A stretch of 64,000 nucleotides of DNA from Botryllus schlosseri (taxonomy: Eukaryota). Under the pieces are notes generated by a model, which saw only the letters and a program-made list of their open reading frames with translations, had not been told where the DNA came from and made no database searches. The position numbers and the translations under genes are program-made. Below, piece by piece: positions 1 to 14,100 of the stretch. The stretch lies in the NCBI GenBank assembly GCA_051294905.1, contig CM119371.1, positions 37,822,001 through 37,886,000 of the forward strand, in the 5' to 3' direction. How positions within the stretch are numbered: the first letter of the stretch is position 1; each line of letters starts with the position of its first letter.

Positions 1-1986
1 TTCATTGCATCGCAATCCTGTGGTGTGTTGATTTGATAAGTTTGTTAATACTAAACTGAACTTATAAAATATTGGAATGACTTACACGTACCAGACCAAA
101 CTTTAGACGATAAATGCTTAGGCGAGATGAATGCGATTCGAAACCAGACCAAATTAAAGAAAAAAATCATTTCTCTTCCGGAAGCATGCTTTCAATGGGC
201 GCTCTATAGTTCTCCTCTGTGGGTCGCATTTGCATTGCGGGGCTCAGATTACAATGACAAATCTATTCTGCTCCGAACTTTTCAGCGCTTGGATACATCA
301 ATATCGAAGTTTTCAACGAACATGGCGCGGTTATTTTGGGAAACAGTTATATCGTCGACTAGTATGTTTTGGCAGCCCACTTCACGGAGTCGAATAACTC
401 CACGTTGATATACGAAATAGTGTTAGGCCCATTTCGAGATTGATCCTTTCCGATTGACGAGCTTGGGCTGTGGCTGTTGCGGCTCTGAGCAATTGAGAAT
501 ATAACACCATGAAAGACTAGTGTTATGAACTAAATAGTTGACAATAGTGCCAGTCGAGAGGTAGTCAACTACGAATTACTTGGTCAATTTCATGTACAGA
601 AATGTTTCTGGCCAGAGCATCGCCGATTGAATATTTAGTTGCTTGAGAGCGGGATCCTTAATTGTCATGTTTTCCGTGCTATATATCGCACAGGTACTGC
701 TAACTCTTAATTTGTTGCTGTTGTTTGAGTTTATTTTAGGTACTCGACTTCTAGTGGTATTTTGCGTCAGGCCGATATTTAGGTTAGTCGTCGTTTTATA
801 TTATTATATATTACGACCTTTGAGTAGCACATAATCTATTAGAGATGGAGGGACTTTTGTTAGTCTTTAGTTGGAAAGGAACGTCATAATATATTTATTT
901 TCTCTCGCGGGTACTTCGCAATTGAATCTATTTAGATGGACATTAATTACTTTGTTGCGGATATAGGCTGAAGGCCAAGGCCGTAAATTCGATTTTTGGT
1001 TCTTGTAGCTGCGCATTTTGAATATCATGTAAGTTGTAAAAGTCTGATCCTATCGGAATCCACCCGTTCGTGTTTGGTTATTGAGTTGATGATTTTATTT
1101 CTTTTGATTCGTACTCAAAACTCACTTGCCTCTGCAATTATTCGAAAATATCAAATAGAAAAGTCACAACTATTCGAAAATATCCGAAATGACATCTGAA
1201 ATGGAATCGGTATTGGTGTAAATCTGGTACAAGTGCTATCCTAGTCTGAGTTATGCTGTAGTCACTGGCGGACAGTGCTCGGAGATGGAGGTCCGTTGAT
1301 CTTAACCCCTGTGCCGAAATATGTCATCTCAGTTCGATTCCAATTTTCTACTAGTTGCTGACGATTACCGCTGACAAGTATCAATCGAAAATAGTTGGAT
1401 TTATTTAAATATCAATGCATTATTCAATTTGGTCATATTGGGACCCACGCGTTTGAACTATTCCCAGAATTGATCATGCCAGTCATCTCTGTTATGAAAG
1501 AATTAAGCCGGTGTGTTTACGCGATTACAGGCCATTAAGTCGCCGATATTAAAGTCGCGTCATCATTCTAAACAGATCCAGAGCGATCGCGTTGCGTAAT
1601 TGCCCGGGAACATAAAACGTAGGCTCTCGCGTGACCGGTCGTGCCGGGAGGTGACGCCGGGGTTGGGAATTTCTTTGGCGAGTAAACTCTGAGTGTGACG
1701 AGGGTGTTTGGCCATTCACGATTTCTCGTGGGCGGGGGAAGCTTGTCTGCTGATATGTTATTGAATGGATTGGGAATGTTGGCGCTGAAGTTCCGTAAAT
1801 GTGGTTTCACAATCAAATATATATTATAAATAGTATAATCGTTTGATTGGCGGAAATCACACGTGGTAGATTATTGTAGGAATATTGATTGTCCGCCTCG
1901 AAGGTCAGTAGTTGGGACCTAACAACCACATATTCGTTTTTACCCCAGGCGTAGCGTTGAAGTATCATTTTAAAACGAGCAGGATA

Positions 1987-4900
1987 ATGGATCTTAAAGA
2001 TTTCAGCTACTTTCTGGTGTATTGCTCTTGCTTTCTAGGTGAGTGTTCGATTATAATCGATTATTCTATATATCTAACCTACGGACAGATGCGCAACTCG
2101 TGACAGCACGATTGAGCACGTATATAGCGCTAACAATCGATGTCGCGAACGTCTGCAATAAGTTATTGATATCGTCATTGCGTTGCGGCACTCCGATTGT
2201 TCAAAACAACGCGGATCGTCTACTTTTAAGGACAATTTTCTGGGGCTTGTATATTGTAACTTATGTTTTCATATTCAGTGCGACCTTCGTTTCGTTCGGA
2301 CCACTTCTAATTAATTTTGCTCTCGGATTGCAAGATATAACATCACCATAGCGGGATAGTATATTCATACTATAATAAATGAGAATATTTTCGGCTGACA
2401 CTCTTCCGTGGTAATCGTCAGCAACTCGTATAGAGAGGGCCCGCCGAAAATATTCCTGTTTCTTACAATATGAATATACTATTCAATTGTGTATTAAAGT
2501 TCTGTACCACCAAAAGCTCTCTAAATATTCATTACCATAGCTCCTTATGAAGTTACCAGTTACTAGTTTGACTTGGTGAATTTTTCCTATCGCCACCTAT
2601 GCCTGTGCTTTAACGCGGGTATTGAGACGGTAACTTACTTTCCCACCATTTAACGCAAGTCCCCCTTTTTCAGCGTCGGTGAGAAGTTCCTCGACTCGTC
2701 AAGAATTTGTAAGTTGTTACGCGTTTCGTGAGTGCGGCGTGTGGCGAGATTCGATTGCGCGCCTAATCGAAACTGAACAGTGTCAGCCAACTTTAGCTCA
2801 TTTCGGTTTATTGTTGATTTCATCACGGCAAAACAGCAAAAAGTCGCGATACAATGAAAAGATAGGAAATGGTCGTAACGAATTGAGTAGTATTTGAAAT
2901 CAGAGTTGAACTAAAACAGGTTTTGGGAACCTATGACTTATTCGATGTCTCTCAGAGATATAGAAATCGACAGGTCCGTTGTAGGGAAGATCTATTATGT
3001 GACGTTCAAGTCGATTCACATTGTTGTATGTTCTGTGCTGCCGTGAAGATCATAAAATCAAAGACCGAATATGTCGCCTTTGTCGAATATGTTCCCGACC
3101 GACCAATGCTTTAAACCTGTGCTTCCCAACCGGTGGGTCGCGAAGATTGTCTAAATGTTGCAGCTTTTTATTGAATTTGCCACAGATGCTAAACACCTAA
3201 TTTTTTAAAGATTAGACGGGCTCATACCCATTCTCCTCCCATGAATTAAAGCCACGTTCGCGTGCTTATACAGTAATTAGTGACCAGGTTTTCGTGACAG
3301 TCATTTGGATTGAACTACGAGATTGGAAAGTGTGTTTTGAGTATGGCTTGAAATTGCGATCGATGATTTGAGAATGCAATCCAGCCCGATTGTAATTGCC
3401 AAACAATACTCGGAACCTTTTATGTTCGACGTAAACGATGAATTACTACTTGAATACCCGAGAAGGGCCTATTTGAAAAGGCGATGACATATAAGAACTA
3501 GCGATTACAACAATGTGGCACGTCTTTGCGTGCGAAGTCCATATGTCAGATGCTTGCGCTCTAAATCTCAAACCCTGACTGCAGTAGGCTATTCACGTAA
3601 TAGAAACGAACCAAGAGGTATACAGTTATTCAGAGGTGCAAATGCCAATGTTTACCCGTTTTACGCAAGTTAGCCTATATAGTGATCCAGTAATGTGGTG
3701 CATAATATATGTGTAATCATCTGATACATTACTTCTGATTCAGCAGAGAATATACAACCCTGACCTAGTAATGACATTTGGATTTGCTCAATTCTTATGC
3801 GGTCAGGAAAATCCTCAGTCAGCCACTTTTTAAAATGGTTGGCTCAGTTCGCCGGTAACCTCTGTTGTCCGTGACTCAGAATCGTATTAATGAAAACCGG
3901 AGTGGCGATTTAATAATCACGAATCAAATTCTAAAAGCCCTTGTTTAGGGTGAAGTTTAATGTATATCACAACGTCTCGACAGATGAAATGGGTATGTCG
4001 GACATATTTGTAAAAAATACTGTATTTGAAAAATGTGCGACCAGAACTAAAACTAGAACTACTAAATATTCAAGACATGCAACTAGAACTAGAACTACTT
4101 ACCATCTACAAGTCTGATATCAGATCGTGGCTCGGTGAAATCGTGCAATGACTTTCACCATTTCTCATTCCATTCAGTTCGTTCCATACCCACAACAGTT
4201 TCAGCAACAAAATCAACCGCCGCAGCCCGTTAACTTTCCCGGCAGCGGCCCTAACGTTCCGTACGGGGCTCCGATGAACCTCGCGCCCTTGGCACCTTAT
4301 CTCACAGTCACGACACCGGTTCCGTACCAGTCCCTTGAGGTCGCTCAGCCGATCACCCTACCGAGTCAGGGAGGATTTCCCACGTGGATAGCCCGATACC
4401 TGCTCTTAAGAATGATTCAACAAAGTAAGTGACGTCATATGAGAGTAATGCATAGGCTGTAACCAAGTCACACGGTACTGAGTAGCAAGTCAGTGTTACC
4501 TTCATAGTTTTGACTTGAGTCAAGTCTACCGATGAACATATAATATAGTAGTTTTCGTCACTCTCAACAGCTTCTGGCTATTTTCGAAGTGCTAACACCC
4601 TAGCACTGATAGATGAAACACCAATAACGTGGTACCTCTACCATTTTTCAAAGTTACACAGGTCACCCGAGTCTCGGTTCACGTGACTTAATCGGGTCCA
4701 GTACAAGTATAGTCGATACAAAAGTTGGCTCATGTCGAGTCGAGTCGTTATCCAATTCTAGAAATGGATCGAGTCAAGTCAAGTGGCTAATATATTGCGG
4801 CTCGAGACGAGTCATGACTCAAGTCACTGAGTACTCCCTCTTAATAAATCCCACTTCATTTCCAAAGATATCGAGGGCACAACGACCCCAACGACGACTG

Positions 4901-7900
4901 CCGCGACTCCCTACACCTTCCCGGTAAGTGTAACCTCTGTGTTCTTAGAATTTATAGTTCTAGGTTTAAAAGTTCTACTGCATATATATATTTATATTAT
5001 AGTAGATGACTTATATATGTTGGTATGTGTACTTACTCATTGTTTAACAATTCCGATGCATATCCTACACAATCCTACACAAAGTTAATCTTTTTTTTCA
5101 CGCGAATATCCTGTCGAATGGCAATCTAAATTATCCAGAATTTCTGGTCGAATTCTGTTATTCACACTTTTTGCAAATACTGAAATTATATATGAATTAT
5201 TCACAAATTTAATCGATAGTTATAATTTTCACATCATTTCAAAGCGCAATATCACGTTGTGTCCTTAGCATATTCATTGTGAATGCTTGCTCCGTGCCAG
5301 GGGATCGTAAACAGAGGTCGACGGACCCCTTATGGCTCCACGAACTAGTTTTCGTGTTCGTGAAATGGCAATACGTCATCAAGCAACTATACAAAACCAG
5401 ATCATCCTTCGAGAATGACGTCGTGGGTGGGATAGTGAGCACAATGTCTAGTCATCAGTTGTCATGCCTAAATAGACTTGAACTTGATGCGATGACTATG
5501 GCGATTTTTTCTTACCTAAAAACGTAGCGGTCGCTGCAACGGCTTGTTGCAAGACACGCTGGTATAGTGCTTGATTGGAGTCGACGCTACAGCTTACAGT
5601 TCCTGTTGTACGCACTAGTCACTGACTAATGACCGCTCTGAGTATACTCTTGCAATCCTGATCACACACGCAGATCCAAGGAGCTTTCTTTATAGCACAG
5701 AACAGCCAAATAGTAGTAATAGTGGTCAGAAACTTGTAGATTTACCAGGTTCAAATGATACTGCGGTTCAATAAGAAATAGAAAGAATAAATGAAGCGAA
5801 ATGGAGCCAATTGTCCATCTTACGACTTAAGCGCGAGCGCGCCGACCTCCATATGCGGGCTCTGAGAACACGTGCGCCGCAGACTAACTGTGCCGTCACA
5901 GCTTGTGGCTTTGAGAGCAGGGATATGTTTAGATATCCCTGTTCGAGAGTGACCTAGCTGTGACGGCACAGTTAGTCTGCGGCGCACGTGTTCTCAGACC
6001 CCGCATGTGGAGGTCGGCGCGCTCGCGCTTAAGTCGTAAGATGGACAATTGGCTCCATTTCGCTTCATTTATTCTTTCTATTTCTTATTGAACCGCAGTA
6101 TCATTTGAACCTGGTAAATCTACAAGTTTCTGACCACTATTACTACTATTTCGCACATAATGTTAGAATTGTACTACTTATCTTCATTTCTGTTAGGGAC
6201 TGTCTGTCCTTACGAAGTCGTTTGGCCTGAAAAACTTTTTGACTTCAAAACTGAAATATTTTCACAAGAAAAACTTTATTTTACCGAAATCTGGCCCTAT
6301 GAAGAATTTCAGTAGTTACATCACACATTATGGTAGAAAAAATTAAAATTTGTTATAGTACAATGAAAGATACTCTCCTACATTCACGCGTACAAACAAA
6401 GTGTCCGTCCTTACTAAGTTGGTTGCCAAGAATGAATAAAGAACGTTCAATAGCTGCGGTTGTTGACTGGCAACACTAAAGTTGTGCGTACAAACGCCGT
6501 GTTTCTTCATTCTGACAATGTTGCCTACATTAGAATTTTCCGTCGTGAGCTTCAATATTTAAGATTCAATGCCCACGCAGTCCGGATTCCGTTAGGATAT
6601 TGTGGCACGTTGAGCATAACACCATGTCAACATATTTGTTTCATCATTTGACCGTTTATGATTCACAATGCCCCCAATTCATGCCCTCATGGTATGCATA
6701 TGCGCAGATCGTGTGTATGTGTATCATGAGTCGGTGTATATGCCGCAAAATCATCAAGGAGAAAAATAAACTACGTCCTTTCCTTTCCTATGATTCACAA
6801 TGAGCAGACAATGGGCCGTCTACAACGGTAGGCCTTATAAAGTAGGCAAAATGATCAGTTCACCGACAGTGAAAACATTTACTATACAAACGAAATGCAG
6901 CTGGCAACAAAATTTTGACTTTGTAAACAATTTTAACATTTTTACCCTAATGTTACAATTTTGTCATTTTTGACCTAATGCTACAATTTTGACAAAATTT
7001 TGATTTTTTTGACATGTAAAAAAAATCGCCCTAGAGCAGTGGTTCTCAACCTGGGGGGTGCGCCCCCCTTGGGGGGGGGCGTGAAAGCTCGGAAGGGGGA
7101 CGCGAAGAAGCGGTCGAATGAAAAAACTTTTCGCGCCATGCGCGATTTACCTCCAATTCACGTGTGTTTCTCTAAATATAAGCCGAATTTCATATTTTTC
7201 ATTCTCTCATCAACATCATAACCTTCCATGCCATCAAACTATCTGTTGAGGTTGCTAGCATCCCAGTTGGATTTTGTGATATGACGATAAGGGGGGCGCG
7301 AAATTTTTCACTATCATAAAGGGGGGCGTGTCTAAAAAAAGGTTGAGAACCACTGTCCTAGAGTAATGACCTTTCATTGTATCGTTTAACGGTTAACCTT
7401 TTTTCTTGATGTGACGAATGAAAAGCTCTCTATCCATCTGATCACCAAACTGTTTCACATTTCAGGCGATTTATTCGGACTGGTACGAGTTCGGGAACTG
7501 TCGTTACCAGAGCGAATCAATCCCCACGTCGTGGGATGTTGCCAGAACTACGTGCGCGGGGAAGGGGGCTCGGCTTGCTACAATCAATGTGAAGCAGTCG
7601 TCTACTCGCAAGTGGGTTAAGCTACTGACCACTTCCCTCAAGACAGGGGTGGGCAAACTACGGCCCGCCACAAAAGTTTTTGCGACTCGCGACAGCCTCG
7701 TGAAGCTGTTATGTTGTTGATCTTGTTTGAACAATAACTCATACGACAAGATTGCAATATGAAATCAGTATATTAACAGCAGAATAACTTTTAAGGCAGC
7801 GACACGATCCAGAGTTAAGTTAAACGAAAGACCAGTAGACAACAGAACACAGGGTATAAATACAAAGCACGACACACGAGGAAATAATGATTGGCGGTAA

Positions 7901-10084
7901 TTACTAATCCTAGACAAATAAGAGACAAACGATACCAACGTAAAATGCACGAACATAACAGAAGCGTTATTGAAGTATTGAAAGTATTAGTAGTAAAATT
8001 CGTATGAAGGCAACGACTTGATTAAATTTTTTCTATTTCGTCAGGCTATTGGTTAGTTATAATGGTGGTACGGTGCAAAATAAATCAACGAAATTAAAAT
8101 CTTCGAGGCAATAGTAAATTATGTTGTTGTTGTCTTCACAAAAGAACGTCAAAAAGGCAAGTCTAACACAGCAAGTAATTTGCTGATGTGCATTTAACGG
8201 CAACGTGTTCATGACGCCGTCAGCACTGTGTGTTTTGAAGCTAAACCAGAAACCGAAATAGCTGTTCACAGATTCGTATTACCATCATTTTCTAAGAATT
8301 GACACAACCAATACTTTCATCCCAAATTTTGTCAAATTTTTTTAGGATGGCAAGCTTATAAAATGTCTTTATTGTTTCTTATGTGTGTAGGCGTGTACGT
8401 TATCATTTAATCAATATTTAGACACCCCTTTCGTATCTAATATCACCAACTTAATATTGGTGCGACATATGGAACGGAATTAGGCCTACGTGATGTGTAT
8501 ATGACACTATAACACGGCTTTGATGAAGCAGGCTTAACTGTTGAATTTCTCTCTAGCTCCTGGGCCGTCTTTTACCATACACTGTCAAATTATAAGAGTA
8601 AGCGACCTAGTTAACTATAGCTCATGTCATCATGTTGAAGGTGTTTGACATGTAGCATGAAATAATAGAATAGCAAATAGCGATACAACTGCCGCAGACT
8701 CCTGTAGCGCCATCTGCCGGGTCTATAGATTCCAAATTTTGTTTGATGTACACTGGAAAGAGAGAGAGAGAGAGTCTTTATTTTCATCGAACCAAAATAC
8801 ATAACAAACGGCAGTGATGGTGGTACAGAAAATATGCGTGCACAGTATTCGGTATTAGATAGGAATGATCGATAAGACCGTGAAGGTCATCTAGTCTGAT
8901 CACACCAGCATCAAACAGGTACACTTGACTCTGAACAGTCTGGCTGTAAAGAAATGTTTAGTTAAAGGAAAATAAAAAAAAATGAAACAATGGTGGCAAA
9001 TGATCAATGAAGCAATGTCTGGGCGAGGTAGGGCAACAATCTAAATATGGTGGAATGCAAATCCACCCATATGGTGGATATACTTTCCATCCTGATCTAA
9101 GTATAGAATATGTATCTTTGCGACCAATGCATAGTGACTACTGTGGCATTACAAACGGGTAGAATCTTCCAGAACATATTAAGTTGCTGTGATACAGGGG
9201 ATATTTCATTCGATTTTCTTACAATTTCAAAAACTAATCCTACAACTACTATCTACAATTCATGAGTGTGCAAACTTGGCGTCGTTCACAGAGGCAACTG
9301 TCACGCTGGCCAATTCGGTGCATGCGTGCATTCAGTCGACAGTGTCCTGTTTGAAGACGAATCAAGGTATAGTTTTTTTTTAGTCAACCACCGGACAACG
9401 TGAAAAAAAAACAGTATTTTGGGTACCGTGCGAGAAAGTTGACCTTTTTTAGTCAACCGACCAGAAAGAGGGAAAAATTTACCATTTTTTGAGAATCCTC
9501 CTCCGATTTTGCAAGTCTGAAACTTCTGATAAAGTGTCCTGTTTTTAGATTTCCAAAATATGGTAACCCTATCATATCAGAATGTTTCAAATACCTTGCA
9601 GCCCAGGTCGAGACGAACCGCATCACCACACAATAATCAACTTGTCGTATTTGTGTGTAGTGGCTCTTTCAAAGCTAAGATTCTTGATATGCAGCTCGCG
9701 CATGAAGCATGTCTGCCCACCCCTTGTACTGTATATAGTGAGAATACTTTCCACCCTAATCTGGGTATATATAGGCTACTTTATTGATGAGTTAAATATC
9801 TGTAAAAACCGGAATTCTTTCCCAGTGCCATTTTCGCGGAGACTGACCTGGCCGTTTACCCCGCTTGGATTGGACTCGAAGACAGCGACGGACCAACCAG
9901 CACGACGTCCGGCCAATGGATCGACTTCGCCATATTTCTCCCTGACTCTACAACGACCTACACCACGACCGCCGGCACGCGATCCTGCGCCAAAGCCAGC
10001 ACCACGAGCGGAATATCCTTCACGAATTGCGACACCGAGATGCAGAGATACCTCTGCGAGTTTTGTCCATCCCTGCACATGTGA
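1987..10084 (+). CDS. Secreted Pro/Gln-rich, Thr-stalk C-type lectin-like domain protein, paralogue A (6 exons, ~264 aa)
   Basis: GT-AG exons 1987-2038, 2674-2708, 4178-4424, 4868-4923, 7466-7611 and 9826-10084 splice in frame (795 nt; phases 1,0,1,0,2). Translation: MDLKDFSYFLVYCSCFLASVRSSSTRQEF-FVPYPQQFQQQNQPPQP...GGFPTWIARYLLLRMIQQ-NIEGTTTPTTTAATPYTFP-AIYSDWYEFGNCRYQSESIPTSWDVARTTCAGKGARLATIN...AWIGLED...RSCAKAS...SFTNCDTEMQRYLCEFCPSLHM*. CTLD hallmarks are W-x-x-A-x-x-x-C, LATI, WIGL and YLCE. AATAAA lies at 10155. Exon 1 is the least certain exon. Confidence 0.85.
2356..2483. repeat. Short hairpin-ended interspersed repeat
   Basis: Inverted ends ATAGTATATTCATA...TATGAATATACTAT. The core (ttcggctgaca...aatcgtcagcaact) recurs at ~1345-1430, 17750-17830, 18180-18250 and 27515-27610. 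Confidence 0.5.
5708..6151. repeat. Long near-perfect inverted repeat (fold-back), 196-bp arms and 52-nt spacer, in intron 4 of paralogue A
   Basis: 5708-5903 is the reverse complement of 5956-6151, with only two mismatches found by eye. The spacer has a small internal hairpin (cagggatat...atatccctg). Confidence 0.95.
7037..7355. mobile_element. hAT (Charlie/Buster-type) MITE, ~320-bp family
   Basis: TIR CAGTGGTTCTCAACCT; 8-bp TSD ccctagag/tcctagag. Confidence 0.9.
8759..9045 (-). mobile_element. LINE 3' end with (TC)n tail; other copies at ~56460-56680 and 61007-61290
   Basis: Shared block (GA)n-gtctttattttcatc...gtctgatcacacc...caaacaggtacac. On the minus strand AATAAA precedes the (TC)n tail. 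Confidence 0.6.
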
Positions 10085-10154
10085 TGTCACCACTCAGGAG
10101 AGTTTGCTGTAGAGCGGAAATAGTTCGAATATATTGGTTCATCTCAATGCACGT

Positions 10155-10160
10155 AATAAA
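10155..10160 (+). terminator. Polyadenylation signal of paralogue A
   Basis: AATAAA about 70 nt downstream of the TGA ending at 10084. Confidence 0.55.
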
Positions 10161-11009
10161 TGTATGGCAAAGATTTGTTTCTTTGGCGAAGGTCGACGAT
10201 TCGGAAATTTTTGGCAAGTGTTATCTTGACAAATTGGTCGGGATAAGAGTTACACAAATAAGCTATGTTCAGCTTCTACAAATTACATTATAATTTGGGG
10301 TTACCATATTTTGGAATCGGGAAAGGAGGACAGCTTTACCAAATCATAAAAGTTAGTTGATCGAAATTGAAACCAGCTAATTTTGAATTCTACTGTGCAG
10401 TCCTTACTAAAAAAAGAAAAGTCGTCACTTTAATTCCACTCCCGAATAACCCGCTCGAACGTTAGCGTTACCTATTTCACGTCATTCCTGCTTATTTTCA
10501 CTTGATCCTTTCTATTATCTTAGCTGTAAACGCTGTAAAAGAGGACGAATTGCCAAAAGAAAGAGTATTCAGGCGTCCTTAGAGAACATTTCCAATTGTC
10601 TGAAAAAGGATGACAAGTCCTTCTAAAGTAGGACGTATAGCTATGTAACAGTTTTATCGGCATCGGTTAAAAATCCAATGTCGGTCTGGCCCTGATCAAA
10701 ACTACCCCAACTGGAAGTAGAGCACGGATGACGTAAAAACTACTCAGTAATTACGTGACTAGTACTTACTCAGTTTCCAATAATCTGACGGTCGAGGGGT
10801 TTCAATGCTTCAAGAGAGCAAGATTATGACTGATGAGAGAATTATCACATATGAAATTCCGATTATACACAGCTCAAGAATTGCGAGTTGGAGGTAAATC
10901 GCGCCCAGCGCGACACTTGATATTTCGTACAAAATTATCATGCGCGATGATAGCACATATCATTCAGGTATTTTAGCGATAGTGTCTATTCCCATGTATT
11001 ACCCTACAT

Positions 11010-12314
11010 CAGGGGTGGGCAATTATTTTCCTCCGCGGGCCAAATGAAAAGTAGAAAATACCTTGGCGGGCCGAGAGAAAAATTGTAGCTTTATTCTCCA
11101 GCGTATTTTAATTTGATTTCCAAATTACATTATTATCAAGTGCTGCTCAGTGAATGTGTTGATGTTGAGTAATCTGAAAGTGGCGGTTTATTAACAAATA
11201 TCTTATTTGCCGTCATGATTCGAAACAATGTTAAACATGGTACATTTGTAACTCTCCTCAAAACCCCATGTACGTTCTTCTATTAAGACACCAAAACAGT
11301 GGTTCTTTTTAGGAACGTTCCCTTTTTATGATAGTGAGAAATTTCGCGCCCACTCCCCATCATGATATCACAACATATTGAAAAGAGCAACCAGAATTCT
11401 AGAAATCCCAACCGATAGTTTCGTGGCATGGAAGGTTATGGTTGTTGATGAGAGAATTCTGTAATATCGAAGTCCGACAATACACAGAGGAATAACTAAA
11501 CTATAATCTGGGGTATATCGCGCTAAGCGCGAAAAAAATTCATTCAAGTTCAGCTTCGCGCCTCTCTTCAGCTGCTTTCACGCCACCCAGTTTGAGAACC
11601 ACTGCACTGAAATGAATATGGGATAGTTCGAAGATTGTCTCGGTCGCTGCATTCCGAGCATTGTGCAGCTCAAATAGCCTTAATGTCAAGCGAAGTTGGC
11701 AGTTTTTCTGAAACTCATCTTCCCTTGACCGAGTGTTTCGTGTTTTTGTCATAATTTAAATCCTAGACCTCAGTGACATGCTCGGCAAAAAAAGGGACGG
11801 GTTTACCCGTAACTCCAGTTGTGCTCTAACCCGTCTTATATGAGTTTGAGCTTTCGGTTTTCTCTTTTCGACATGCCCGTTCATCCGTCATGGATCCGCC
11901 CGTGATAGATATGATATTATGATAAGTCATATAGTAATCGAGAGCACTGATTGACTTCTTTTACGAAATAGGGATTTGGAACCGCCTCACGTAACGATTC
12001 GAAACACCTACCGTATAATACTTGACCTAAACTTTATGGAAAGAGTGATTTCTTGAGGATCAAATTGTTACTCATACTTTGTCATATTGTCTTAAATTTG
12101 AATCTGGATTACGCATGCGAGGTACGTAGCCAGCGTAATCGCGGCATATTAATGAACAGACTTTAAAGTAAACGAATTTCCTGTTTAGTTGATACAGGCT
12201 ATGGTTTCAGTCCTCGCATGAACATTCAAAAAGCAGGTTTAATGTTATAAATTCCAAGCAACCTCTCGCGGGCCGCACAGAATGGCTTCGCGGGCCGCAC
12301 TTTGCCCAGGTCTG
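11010..12314. mobile_element. Non-autonomous hAT element containing a nested Charlie-type MITE (11297-11604)
   Basis: Ends CAGGGGTGGGCAA...TTGCCCAGGTCTG, GCGGGCC subterminal motifs, perfect TSD ccctacat. Confidence 0.8.
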
Positions 12315-12835
12315 CCCTACATGAACGTAACTCAAACGCACCTCTGACCATAAACTAAATAAAAAACGCTACACGTATATTCGCCAGTTACTCTCAACTC
12401 AGATAGATATTCTGATCAGTGCAAGGTTCGGAATCAGATAAAATCTTTAGCATCGGTACAGGGATGGTGCGCGCAATTATGACAATTAAATAGTAATACG
12501 GTTAAGAATAATGCTACTGTTACAAGATGAGAGTTTCAACAGAAATTAAACTCATTCCTAAAACATCATTTTTCGTTCAAGGGTTTCGCGCTCCTCTTTA
12601 GATGCAATAAGTCGGTAATTTTTCTTCCGGAAATACTATAAGTAACCGGCAGTACATTGTGTTAACAGTATGATCCACACATTATATAGATCCTTATCTG
12701 TGCTGAGCGGGACGCAGAATTTCACGTAGCAGTGGATATAGATCTAAATCGTTCCAAAAGACTATATACTATGCTACAGTCTTGATAGATGGGAGTTGTC
12801 GAGTTCATAACAGTATAATCGCTAATACTGCGCAT

Positions 12836-14100
12836 ATAGACAGACAGACAGACAGACATTTTATTGCTTCGTCAAACAAAAAAAGTTGACTGGAGGTGAC
12901 GATATGGCCTATAAAGGCCTTGTTACTCGTCACCTCCATGGCAGTGAAATAATCAAGTGCACTCATCCCAATAAATATAACAGTGGACAGTCTGCAACAT
13001 GAAAGAAAATAATAATCACAAATAGAAGACAATAATACACACAAATATATAACAAAGACAGTAGCCATGGCAACATACTAGGTAAAGCAATATGAAGTCA
13101 ATAAATAGATGTATAATTTATAAATCAACGGGTACTAGATAGTAGATACTCTCATTTCTGATTATAATTTGAAAAAAGGTAATCCTGGTATTGGGTTTTA
13201 AATTCATGCTGAGGTAGCTCTTTGATACTGTCGGGCACGTCATTCCAAATATTTGGGCCCATATATTCAATGGACTGTTGGGTCAGTCTGGAGTTCATAC
13301 GGTGAACATAAAGATGACCAGATTCCGATGATCTAGTAGAATACCCATGCACAGTGGAAGATTGCTCAAACAAGCTATTAAAGTAAGGGGAGATATTACC
13401 GTTTGTGAATTTATGCATCAGGTTGGCTATTTCATAATTATACAAATCGGGTAGCTTAAGTATCCTGAGAGCTAAATAACCAGGAGTAGCAGATGACCTA
13501 GAATCTATGCCACATATATTTCTTATGGCTCGATTTTGGATGACACAGATTCTGTTTAAATCCGTCTGATTGGCCTTCCCCCATACACATAATCCATAAA
13601 GCAGATGAGGGTGAAATAATGAGAAATATATGGTTCTCAAGGTCTGTCTAGGGAGAGAATGTCTCAGTCTCGCTAGAATTCCGGCCGTAGCAGATAGCTT
13701 TTTACATAGATTGAAAATGTGGGTCATCCATTTAAGATTGGAGTCAATGATAATTCCCAGATATCTTGTATGGGTTGAGGGTGCAATAATGACATCAGAT
13801 ACCCTTAGTGAAAAAGTTGAGGTAACTTTACAATTGAAGACCAGTACCTGAGTCTTAATTGGATTAATGGTTAGTCGGTTGGTTTTCATCCAAGCAGTCA
13901 TCTTACAAATCTCGGAATTAGCTTTGGTTTGTAGAGAGGTCAAGTCTGTAGCAGATATAAGTACACAAGTATCATCAGCAAATAGGACCGAGGTCTCCGA
14001 GATACATGCAGCAACATCATTGATATAAAGACTGAATAATAGGGGTCCTAAAACGGAGCCCTGTGGTACACCACACAATATGTCACCCTTTTCAGAAGGT
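12836..14100 (-). mobile_element. 5'-truncated non-LTR retrotransposon (CR1/L2-group LINE): RT C-terminal half, 3' UTR and (TCTG)n tail
   Basis: Minus-strand ORF with GVPQGSVLGPLLFSLYIND, LFADDT and RYLGIIIDSNLKW. The 3' UTR ends AATAAAATG(TCTG)n. Confidence 0.95.
13152..14100 (-). CDS. LINE ORF2 reverse transcriptase fragment (uninterrupted frame)
   Basis: ORF track 13152..14180. RT motifs QGSVLGP and FADD are present. Similarity begins near KGDILCGVPQG. Confidence 0.85.
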
